A DNA stretch of 64,000 nt, from the NCBI GenBank assembly GCA_039794085.1, contig JBDIWC010000006.1, positions 1 through 64,000 of the forward strand, read 5' to 3'. Numbering within the stretch: position 1 is the first letter of the stretch; the number at the start of each line of letters is the position of its first letter. A program made the translations under genes and the position numbers. Of this stretch, positions 17,394 to 25,504 are shown in pieces. The DNA is from Gemmatimonadales bacterium. Its GTDB lineage: Bacteria; Gemmatimonadota; Gemmatimonadetes; Gemmatimonadales; GWC2-71-9. The notes under the pieces are model-generated. The model saw only the letters and a list, made by a program, of their open reading frames with translations. It did no database searches and was not told the origin of the DNA.

Positions 17394-17463
17394 TCCTTGC
17401 CATCGTTCGGCGATGGACGATACGTTCATTCACCTGTCCGGTTCTCCTTTTTTGGAGCCACGC

Positions 17464-19125
17464 ATGCGCCTGTCCTTCCTCACCCTCCCCCTCCTCGTTG
17501 CCGCCTGTTCCCCCCAGGGTCCTGACGAGGGAACTCGATCCGACGACGGCACCGAGAATCTCCTCGCTGCCTACACCACGGTCCGGCTCGACGCCGACCT
17601 GAGCGGGCTCACCGATTCGGCCCGTCGCATGCTTCCGCTCCTGATCGAAGCCGCGCGGGAGATGGATGAGATCTACTGGCTCGAGGTGTCCGGACCTTCG
17701 GACAGCGTGCTCTCTGCCATGCCCACGCCGACCCTGCGGCGGTTCGCCGAGATCAATTACGGCCCCTGGGACCGGCTCAACGGCAACCAGCCCTTCGTGT
17801 CCGAGGTCGGAGCCATGCCCCTCGGCGCCAACTTCTACCCCCACGACATCACCACGGCGGAATTCGATTCCGCGGCACGCGCCGCTCCCGATGGCGGGGC
17901 TGCCTTGCGCAGTCTGTACACTCTGGTCCGCCGGGACGGCCAGGGACGTCTGACCGCGGTGCCCTACCGGGTGGCGTTTCGCCCCCAGGTGGGGCGGGCG
18001 GCGGCTCGGCTGCGAGAGGCCGCGCTCCTGGCTCAGGATGCCGGCCTCCGGCGCTACCTCGAGCTCCGCGCCGAGGCGCTGCTGAGCGATGACTATCAGC
18101 CCAGTGACCTGGCGTGGATGGACATGAAGACCAACCCGATCGATGTCGTCATCGGCCCGATCGAGACCTACGACGACCAGTTGTACGGGGCCAAGGCGGC
18201 GCATGAGGCGTACGTGCTGGTCAAGGACCAGGTCTGGAGCGATCGGTTGAGCCGGTATGCCGCGCTGCTTCCGTCGCTGCAGCGCGGGCTCCCCGTGCCG
18301 GACGCCTACAAGCGGGAGACGCCGGGAACCGATTCCGATCTCAACGCCTACGACGTGCTCTACTATGCCGGCCAGGCCAACGCCGGATCGAAGACGATCG
18401 CCATCAACCTCCCCAACGACGAGGAGGTTCAGCTGGCCAAGGGAGCCCGCCGGCTCCAGCTCAAGAACGCGGTGCGCGCCAAGTTCGACCAGATCCTCCT
18501 GCCGATCGCGGATCTGCTCATCGCGCCCGACCAGCGGGAGTACCTCTCGTTCGACGCCTTCTTCGAGAACACGATGTTCCACGAGGTGGCCCACGGGCTC
18601 GGAATCAAGAACACCGTGACCGGCGGGCGCACGGTGCGGGAGGCACTGCAGGAGCAGGCCTCGTCGCTCGAGGAGGGGAAGGCCGATGTCCTGGGCCTCC
18701 ACATGATCACCGCCCTGACGGACCGGGGCGAGCTGGGGGAGAAGGACATCCGGACCAACCAGGTCACCTTTCTGGCGGGCATCTTCCGGTCGGTCCGGTT
18801 CGGTGCCGCGAGCGCGCACGGCCGGGCCAACGTGGCTCGGTTCAACTACTTCGAGGAGATGGGCGCCTTTACCCGCGATTCCACCACCGGAACCTATCGG
18901 GTGAACTTCGACCGGATGCGCCTCGCCACCGACTCGCTGTCGGCCAGGATCCTGCGATTCCAGGGAGACGGGGACCTCGACGGAGTGCGGGCGTGGATGG
19001 ACTCCGTGAGCACCATCCGGGCCACCCTCCAGGCCGATCTCGACCGGCTCGCCACGGCGGGGATCCCGGTGGACATCGTCTTCGAGCAGGGGCCCGAGGT
19101 CCTGGGGCTCCCGGCGGCCCGCTGA
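17464..19125 (+). CDS. Zn-dependent peptidase lipoprotein (dipeptidyl-peptidase III / M49-like)
   Basis: Lipobox LVAAC; HEVAHG and EEGKAD Zn-ligand motifs; AINLPND. Confidence 0.87.
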   Translation: MRLSFLTLPLLVAACSPQGPDEGTRSDDGTENLLAAYTTVRLDADLSGLTDSARRMLPLLIEAAREMDEIYWLEVSGPSDSVLSAMPTPTLRRFAEINYGPWDRLNGNQPFVSEVGAMPLGANFYPHDITTAEFDSAARAAPDGGAALRSLYTLVRRDGQGRLTAVPYRVAFRPQVGRAAARLREAALLAQDAGLRRYLELRAEALLSDDYQPSDLAWMDMKTNPIDVVIGPIETYDDQLYGAKAAHEAYVLVKDQVWSDRLSRYAALLPSLQRGLPVPDAYKRETPGTDSDLNAYDVLYYAGQANAGSKTIAINLPNDEEVQLAKGARRLQLKNAVRAKFDQILLPIADLLIAPDQREYLSFDAFFENTMFHEVAHGLGIKNTVTGGRTVREALQEQASSLEEGKADVLGLHMITALTDRGELGEKDIRTNQVTFLAGIFRSVRFGAASAHGRANVARFNYFEEMGAFTRDSTTGTYRVNFDRMRLATDSLSARILRFQGDGDLDGVRAWMDSVSTIRATLQADLDRLATAGIPVDIVFEQGPEVLGLPAAR

Positions 19126-19171
19126 ACCCGAGTCCGCATCGGCCGTCGACCTCTCCGCGCGGCCCCCGGAA

Positions 19172-19930
19172 ATGCTGACACTCGTTCTCCTGGCCTTCGT
19201 GGCCTCGATGGCGGGGAGCGCCATCAACAGCATCGCGGGGGGGGGCACGCTCGTCACCTTTCCCGCCATCGTGGCGCTCGGACTCCCTCCCCTCACCGCC
19301 AACGCCACCAGCACCGTGGGGCTCTGGCCCGGGGCGGTGGGAAGCATGTGGGGATACCGTTCTCACCTCACGCACTCCAGACCCTGGCTGGTCGGCCTGA
19401 CCCTGCCGAGCCTCCTCGGCGGGGGCATCGGAGCGGTCCTGCTCCTCAGCACCGGCGAGGATCGCTTTGCCCGGATCGTTCCGTTCCTGGTGCTCGTGGC
19501 CACGATTCTTTTCACGTTCCAGGGTCCCCTGCTCCGCTGGTTGGGACACACACCGCGGCAGGCGGGGGCTCGGCCGGGCGGCGCCTTCCTCGCCGTGCAA
19601 TTCGCGGTGGGGATCTATGGAGGGTACTTCGGCGCGGGGATCGGCATCCTGATGCTGGCCGCCCTGGAGTGGATGGGACACCGGCACATCCATGTCATGA
19701 ACGGACTCAAGAACTGGGGGGGGCTCTGCATCAATGCGGTGGCCGCGGGGCTGTTCATCGCCGGGGGGATCGTGCATTGGCCGGTGGCGATCGCGATGGC
19801 GGGGGGAGGATTGGTCGGGGGCTACGCGGGTGCCAGGGCGGCGCAGCGCGTCGAGCAGGCGACGGTACGACGGGCCGTGGTGTTGGTCGGGTTCGCGGCA
19901 TTCGTCTGGCTGCTGTTTCGGCCGCTCTGA
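19172..19930 (+). CDS. Sulfite exporter TauE/SafE family membrane protein
   Basis: INSIAGGGTL, ANATS and YGGYFGAGIG motifs; multiple TM helices. Confidence 0.88.
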   Translation: MLTLVLLAFVASMAGSAINSIAGGGTLVTFPAIVALGLPPLTANATSTVGLWPGAVGSMWGYRSHLTHSRPWLVGLTLPSLLGGGIGAVLLLSTGEDRFARIVPFLVLVATILFTFQGPLLRWLGHTPRQAGARPGGAFLAVQFAVGIYGGYFGAGIGILMLAALEWMGHRHIHVMNGLKNWGGLCINAVAAGLFIAGGIVHWPVAIAMAGGGLVGGYAGARAAQRVEQATVRRAVVLVGFAAFVWLLFRPL

Positions 19931-19973
19931 AGGCGGGAGGCGAGTGTCACTTCATTATTGGCCGGATCAAAGA

Positions 19974-20381
19974 TTACCTCCGCATCCGGTCCACCAATTG
20001 ACGAGGGAGCAGCACGGGAACCGACAGGGACCCGCGCTTCGGCTGGAAGTGTCTGGTATTTCCGGTGATGATTGCGTCCGCCATTCCGGCGACCGCCACC
20101 TCCACAAAGACACGGTCATCGGGGTCCGGGAGGGTCAGCTTCAGTGGAGGGGCCACCACCGGTTCCGCGATCCGCTCCAGTGCATCAAGAAGAATCCTCC
20201 GCTCGCGGGGGTCGAATCGAAACGCCGGGCGCGCGGTCACCTCATCGTACTCCGCGAAGATCCGGGAGTCGGCAAGGAGGGTCACGGCGCCCTGGAGCAC
20301 GAGGTGAAGGACCTGGTCCGGCGTTCCCCCTCCGGTGAGCATCGCGGACACCAGGACGTTGGTGTCGAGAACGATCCGCAC
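19974..20381 (-). CDS. PIN-family toxin (PIN_3 type)
   Basis: RIVLDTNVLVSA...LPDPDDRVF...ITGNTRHF. Confidence 0.9.
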   Translation of the reverse strand: MRIVLDTNVLVSAMLTGGGTPDQVLHLVLQGAVTLLADSRIFAEYDEVTARPAFRFDPRERRILLDALERIAEPVVAPPLKLTLPDPDDRVFVEVAVAGMADAIITGNTRHFQPKRGSLSVPVLLPRQLVDRMRR

Positions 20382-20391
20382 CGCGAGACTC

Positions 20392-20700
20392 CTACTGGTT
20401 GGTTTCGCGTGCCCGGCGGGCCCGGCGCGACGATCGGATTTCGCGGGTGATCGCCCCCTGCGTCAGCCCCGCGGTGCCTTCCCGCCGTGCCTCGGCCTGG
20501 AGCCGAGACAGCGCCAGGAGCGCCCGTCCCCTCCGCCAGGCGTCGAGCACCGTGGTGGCGTCACCCTCCTCCACCGGAATGAGCAACGCCCTGGTGGTTC
20601 CGTCGGACACCAGCGACAATGGTTCGCCCTCGGCGAGGCGCTCGAAGACGCGTCCTGGAGTGTTGCGCAGTTCGCGATAGGTAATCGGTTTGCCCGTCAT
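20392..20700 (-). CDS. Phd-like antitoxin
   Basis: ITYRELRNTPGRVFERL N-terminus; directly upstream of PIN toxin. Confidence 0.78.
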   Translation of the reverse strand: MTGKPITYRELRNTPGRVFERLAEGEPLSLVSDGTTRALLIPVEEGDATTVLDAWRRGRALLALSRLQAEARREGTAGLTQGAITREIRSSRRARRARETNQ

Positions 20701-20710
20701 GACGCGCCTC

Positions 20711-20746
20711 CCGTGTAGCGTATATGGCTACATTAACGCTACACGG
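20711..20746. promoter_or_regulatory. Operator-like inverted repeat of the TA operon
   Basis: CCGTGTAGCGT-N14-ACGCTACACGG perfect 11-bp inverted repeat 10 bp upstream of the antitoxin start. Confidence 0.7.
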
Positions 20747-20873
20747 TTGACCCATGGAGCGCAACCCCTCGCGCCGATGCCACTTGTCCGGTCGGCGTCG
20801 CGGGAGGACCCCGGGAACGGGGCTTTCGCGCTATGTATTGGCAGGTCGCTGTGTCGACCGTATGGTTCGCCGG

Positions 20874-21101
20874 ATGAGAACGACGCTGACGATCGATGAG
20901 ACGGTGATGGCCCGGCTTCGCCGCGAGGCCGCGCGAACCGGTCGAACCATGTCCACCGTGGTGGAGATGGCTCTGCGCCAGGTGCTTCAAGACAAGCCCG
21001 CTGCGGTGGCACTTCCCGAACTTCCGAGCTTTGACAGCGGAGGAGCCCTGGTGGATCTGGCCGATCGCGAGGCACTCCATCAGGCTATGGCGGGCCCGTG
21101 A
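20874..21101 (+). CDS. Orphan VapB-like antitoxin
   Basis: Paralogue of 5132-5356 (LPELPSF...LVDLADREAL); TTGGCA-17-TATGGT promoter 7 nt upstream; no toxin follows. Confidence 0.8.
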   Translation: MRTTLTIDETVMARLRREAARTGRTMSTVVEMALRQVLQDKPAAVALPELPSFDSGGALVDLADREALHQAMAGP

Positions 21102-21760
21102 CGAGGGCGGAGTGTACGCGACAAGCCGTGGACCGGGCCGAGATCAGGTGGAGAGTGATCGGTCTCCTCCTGACGCTGGGTCTGGGCGGGTGTGCCAGCA
21201 TGGGACGCGGACGGTCTCCCGATCTCCCCGCACCCGTGACGGACGGCTGGGTCGAAGAGGGAGTCGCCTCCTGGTACGGGGAACCCTTCCATGGGCGCCG
21301 CACCGCCTCCGGTGAAGTCTACGACATGCACGCACCCACCGCGGCGCACCGGACTCTCCCCTTCGGCACCCGGGTGCGGGTCGAGAATCTGTCCAACGGC
21401 CGCTCCACCACGCTGCGTATCACCGACCGAGGCCCGTTCGCAAAGAACCGGATCCTGGACGTGTCCCGGTGGGGTGCCGAGGAGCTTCGTCTCATCGGAC
21501 CCGGGGTGGCGCGGGTCAGGATCACGGTGCTCGATGCCCCGGCCTCCCCACGGTGTTGGGAGATCCAGGCGGGGGCTTTCGCCGATAGCGCGAACGCCGA
21601 CCGCCTCCGTGTCCGACTCCTCGATGATCAGTTCCCGACACGGATCGACACCGGGCCCGGCGGTCTCCATCGGGTGCGAGTGGGGCCGTTCGAAGACCGA
21701 GGTGTAGCGGAGAGTGCCGCGCGGAGGGTGGACGGTCTCCTGCTGGGGTGCGGCGCGTAG
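21098..21760 (+). CDS. rlpA: Septal ring lytic transglycosylase RlpA with SPOR domain
   Basis: GVASWYG..FHGRRTASGE, TAAHRTLPFG, DRGPF; lipobox LGGC; SPOR-like QAGAF...RVRVGPF; start uncertain. Confidence 0.9.
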   Translation: MTRAECTRQAVDRAEIRWRVIGLLLTLGLGGCASMGRGRSPDLPAPVTDGWVEEGVASWYGEPFHGRRTASGEVYDMHAPTAAHRTLPFGTRVRVENLSNGRSTTLRITDRGPFAKNRILDVSRWGAEELRLIGPGVARVRITVLDAPASPRCWEIQAGAFADSANADRLRVRLLDDQFPTRIDTGPGGLHRVRVGPFEDRGVAESAARRVDGLLLGCGA

Positions 21761-21796
21761 AACGGACCAGGTGACCGGCATGGATACCATATGACA

Positions 21797-21834
21797 TTGC
21801 GTGGTCAGACTAGTCTGACTAGTCTGACTATACT
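21797..21834 (+). promoter_or_regulatory. Promoter/operator of a decayed TA module with 9-bp duplication
   Basis: TTGCGT and TATACT separated by 26 bp; GTCAGACTAGTCTGAC palindrome; GACTAGTCT tandemly duplicated. Confidence 0.55.
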
Positions 21835-21837
21835 GCA

Positions 21838-22255
21838 ATGATGTCCGAAGAATACTCTCTTTGCGACACCAAGGCCGAAGCTCTCTGCCCTGGTTCGCCA
21901 TGTCCGGGAATGACGGGGCGTACCTGGACAGTTCCGTCGTCACCGCGATTGCCTTCGTCGAGCCGGGGGCGGGCGACCTACGGGCGCGTCTCCAACAGTA
22001 TGCGCAGCTTGATTCCGCCCCCTGCCGGAGGCGGAGGTGCGATCAGCCGCCAGGCGCGAAGGAGTGCCTCTCCCTCCGGCCGGAGATCATCCGGGTGCTG
22101 GACACGGGTTACGTGCGCGCGCAGACTGCTGGCATCTGGCGACGGCGCTGTACCTCTCGCCGGAGCCGGAGCAGTTGATGTTCCTCACCCTCGATCAGCG
22201 CCAGCGCGACGTGGCCCAGCGGCTGGGATTCGCTCTGGGCGAGTTCACCTCGTAA
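21838..22255 (+). pseudogene. Decayed Phd-antitoxin / PIN-toxin pair
   Basis: MSEEYSL.DTKA / KLSALVR fragments, AYLDSSVV, and ADCWHLATALYL...FLTLD lie in different frames. Confidence 0.78.
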
Positions 22256-22427
22256 ACGTCGCCTTCCCCGCCGGGGCGGACGACGAGCAATGAGCAGGGT
22301 TCACTGTTCCACGTGTGGTGCGCGGAGACGGTGCCGGTCGCCGCGGGGGCGCTCATTCCTCGTTGTTCATGGATCCGGGGGAGGGGTTAGCCGTAAGGGC
22401 CGTGCGACCGGACCTCCAGGCGTCGTT

Positions 22428-22478
22428 CCCCTCTCCCACCTGTGTGAGAGAGGGGTCAGGGGGGGTCAGGGGTGAGGG
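22428..22478. repeat. REP-like palindrome (CCCCTCTCCC...GAGAGGGG...GGGGTGAGGG)
   Basis: Hairpin; related halves at 12170-12281. Confidence 0.55.
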
Positions 22479-22536
22479 CAACGACGACCCGGGCCAGGAG
22501 AGAGAGTCCGGGCCAATCGGTCAAGGGTGAAGCGTC

Positions 22537-22582
22537 TGGCCGTTTTCCACCGGGAGGGCTAACTTGTGACAGATCGCTGACA
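22537..22582 (+). promoter_or_regulatory. Conserved kinase-gene promoter (copy 3)
   Basis: TGGCCG-17-TAACTT, then TGACA(22567) and TGACA(22578). Confidence 0.7.
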
Positions 22583-22614
22583 CATCATTTCCCGGTCCCC
22601 CACCAGGGAATCCC

Positions 22615-25293
22615 GTGACCACTCTGGACCGCCTGCGCGCCGCCCTGTCCGACCGCTACGCTCTCGAGCGGGAGCTCGGCGCGGGCGGCATGGCCACGGT
22701 CTATCTGGCCCGGGACCTCAAGCATGACCGCCAGGTAGCCCTCAAGGTACTGCGACCGGAACTCGCCGCGGTCATCGGTGCCGAGCGGTTCCTCAGCGAG
22801 ATCAAGACCACGGCCAACCTCCAGCACCCCCACATCCTCCCCCTGTTCGACTCCGGCACCGCCGACGGCACCGTCTTCTACGCGATGCCGTTCGTCGAGG
22901 GGGAGAGTCTCCGCGACCGGATCCAGCGGGAAAAGCAGCTCCCCGTGGCCGACGCCCTCCGGATCGCCACCGAGGTGGCGAGTGCCCTCGACTACGCGCA
23001 CCGGAAGGGGATCGTCCACCGCGACATCAAGCCCGAGAACATCCTGCTCCACGATGGTCAGGCCCTCGTGGCGGATTTCGGCATCGCGCTGGCCGCCAGC
23101 CGGTCGGAGGGGGGGAGTCGGCTCACCGAAACCGGGATGTCGCTCGGGACACCCTATTACATGAGCCCCGAGCAGGCAATGGGAGAGCGGGAGATCGACG
23201 GCCGGACCGACATCTACGCCCTGGGCTGCGTGCTGTACGAGATGCTCACGGGAGAGCCCCCGTTCACCGGTCCCACCGCCCAGGCGATCGTCGCGCGGGT
23301 GATGACCGAGTCCCCCCGCGGTATCTCGATCCAGCGCCACACCGTTCCGCCCCATGTGGAGCAGGCGATTGTGAGGGCGCTGGAAAAGCTCCCCGCCGAC
23401 CGGTTCGCCACCGCCGCCGACTTCACGACGGCCCTCACCACACCGGGGTCCGGCACGGCATCCGGGACGGGGCCGAGCGCCCTCCCCCGGGTGCGCCGTC
23501 GCCAGCGTGCCGTTCTCCTCGCGGCCGGAGCCGGATTGCTGGTGACGGGTGCACTGCTCGGAGCCCTGGTCCACCGAGGCAATGCCCCCGATCCATCCGT
23601 CACCCGGCTCACCATGCTCCTCCCCGACACCCTCGGCATCCTCCCCATCGCCACCCACCGCCTGGCGATCTCGCCGGATGGACGGCGGATAGCCTGGATC
23701 GGAGGCCCGGGCGGCCAGCCCGGCATCGTGGTGCGGGATTTCGACCAGGCCGACGCCCGCTATCTGGCGGGAACCGAGGGAGCAAACGCGCCGTTCTTTT
23801 CCCCGGATGCCGCCACGATCGGGTTCTTCACCGGGAGAGGAGGATCGGGCAGCCTGAAGACCATTCCGGCCACGGGCGGCGCGGTCCAGACCGTGGTGGC
23901 CAGGGGCGCCGAGCCGTGGGGCGGCGATTGGTCGGCAGACGGAATGATCTACTACACCGGAACCGAGTCCCGGATCTTCAAGGTACCCGCCACCGGCGGC
24001 GCGGTGACCCCGGTCACGACCATCGATTCCACCCAGCCCGGCGTGACCGAGCACGACTTCGTGGACGTCCTTCCGAACGGGAAGGGAGCGGTGATGCAGC
24101 TCTGGAAGGGCAGCGTGGGGAGCAACGAGATCGGCGTTGTCTCCTTCGAGACGGGCCGGGTCACGTCGCTCGCCACAGGCACCTACCCGAGGTATCTGGC
24201 GACGGGTCATGTCCTGTTCGGAACCTCGGACGGCCGGCTCCATCTCCTCCCCTTCGACCAGGACCGGCTCGAGGCCACCGGACAACCCACCGTGGTCCTC
24301 GAAGGTGTGCCGGTGGACGGCTTCACCGGGACACTGCAGTTCGCCATCTCCGACAATGGAACGTTTATCCATCAAACCCGCGAGGGAATGGGGCGCTTCG
24401 TGCCGTCCTGGGTCAGCCGGGATGGTTCCGCCACGGTGATTGACTCCACCTGGGAGGTGGCCGGTCTGGAGGGAATCGCGCTCTCTCCCGACGGATCCCG
24501 GGTTGCCGTCACCCAGTCTGCGACCGATGGCTCGCAGATCTGGGTCAAGACCCTCCCGCAGGGGCCATTCACACGGCTCACTTTTGCCGGCCCGGATTCG
24601 GACCGTCCGGCCTGGTCGCCGGATGGCCGGGAGGTCGGCTTTCTGAGCCGGGCCCAGTCGACGCCGCGGGAAGCCTGGGCCCAACGCGCCGATGGGAGCG
24701 GTAACGCCAGAATCGTGGCTTTTCATGCGGAAGGCATGGACGAGTTTGACTGGTCCCGAGATGGAGGCTGGTTCATCGGGAGAACTTTCGGCTCCGGGGC
24801 CGGCAGCAGGCGGATCCTGGCACGGGAGGCCGGCCCCGACACCACCATGCGGGTTCTGATCGAGGGCCCCGGCGACTTGTACGCCCCTTCGCTCTCTCCC
24901 GACAGCCGGTGGCTCGCCTACGTCTCGGATGAGTCGGGCCGGGCGGAGGTCTATGTGAGGCCCTTCCCCGATGTGGAGACCGCGCGATGGCAGGTGTCGG
25001 TGGATGGAGGGCTGGAGCCCCTCTGGAGCCGGACCGGAGATGAGTTGTTCTATCGGACAGAGCGCGGCGAGATGATGGCCGTCCGGGTGACGGCGGACGA
25101 GGCCTTCGCCAGTCAGTCCCCCGTCACGTTGTTCAACGATCCGACGGCCCTGACGAGTCCCTACCACCGCCAGTACGACGTCGCCGCGGACGGCCGGTTC
25201 CTCATGATCCGCTCGCTGGCCGGGAACTCGAGCCAGCTCAAGGTTGTCTTCAACTGGTTCACCGAGATCCGGGAGAGATTCGGAGGCCGTTGA
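22615..25293 (+). CDS. Membrane Ser/Thr protein kinase with TolB/PD40 beta-propeller
   Basis: Intact kinase motifs; TM helix; SPDG repeats; FNWFTEI C-terminus. Confidence 0.93.
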   Translation: MTTLDRLRAALSDRYALERELGAGGMATVYLARDLKHDRQVALKVLRPELAAVIGAERFLSEIKTTANLQHPHILPLFDSGTADGTVFYAMPFVEGESLRDRIQREKQLPVADALRIATEVASALDYAHRKGIVHRDIKPENILLHDGQALVADFGIALAASRSEGGSRLTETGMSLGTPYYMSPEQAMGEREIDGRTDIYALGCVLYEMLTGEPPFTGPTAQAIVARVMTESPRGISIQRHTVPPHVEQAIVRALEKLPADRFATAADFTTALTTPGSGTASGTGPSALPRVRRRQRAVLLAAGAGLLVTGALLGALVHRGNAPDPSVTRLTMLLPDTLGILPIATHRLAISPDGRRIAWIGGPGGQPGIVVRDFDQADARYLAGTEGANAPFFSPDAATIGFFTGRGGSGSLKTIPATGGAVQTVVARGAEPWGGDWSADGMIYYTGTESRIFKVPATGGAVTPVTTIDSTQPGVTEHDFVDVLPNGKGAVMQLWKGSVGSNEIGVVSFETGRVTSLATGTYPRYLATGHVLFGTSDGRLHLLPFDQDRLEATGQPTVVLEGVPVDGFTGTLQFAISDNGTFIHQTREGMGRFVPSWVSRDGSATVIDSTWEVAGLEGIALSPDGSRVAVTQSATDGSQIWVKTLPQGPFTRLTFAGPDSDRPAWSPDGREVGFLSRAQSTPREAWAQRADGSGNARIVAFHAEGMDEFDWSRDGGWFIGRTFGSGAGSRRILAREAGPDTTMRVLIEGPGDLYAPSLSPDSRWLAYVSDESGRAEVYVRPFPDVETARWQVSVDGGLEPLWSRTGDELFYRTERGEMMAVRVTADEAFASQSPVTLFNDPTALTSPYHRQYDVAADGRFLMIRSLAGNSSQLKVVFNWFTEIRERFGGR

Positions 25294-25405
25294 GCGGTCC
25301 TGAGACTGGTCGGTCCTCGCCACATGAGCATGGTGGTGCCGGAGCCCGAATGGGGTCACACAAAGGGATGTCGGAAACCCGGGATCGATGTGCTCGGTCG
25401 TGACA

Positions 25406-25461
25406 GGTGTTTCCCGGGGCTGACGCCCCTTACTCGGCCATGCGAGGTGGCTCACGCCACC
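25406..25461 (+). repeat. 56-bp dispersed palindromic repeat, copy 2
   Basis: Matches 16459-16514; lies between convergent genes. Confidence 0.8.
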
Positions 25462-25504
25462 CGGAGCAGGATGGGCTTTCAGGGGGTGATCATTGGTCAG
25501 GAGT

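Noticed and set aside
2916..22600. Classical integron (attC sites between cassettes)
   Set aside because: No integrase and no consistent RYYYAAC...GTTRRRY pairs bounding genes; a covariance-model search would be needed to exclude it fully
282..25293. Diversity-generating retroelement using decayed kinase copies as template
   Set aside because: No reverse transcriptase, and differences between copies are not adenine-specific by inspection
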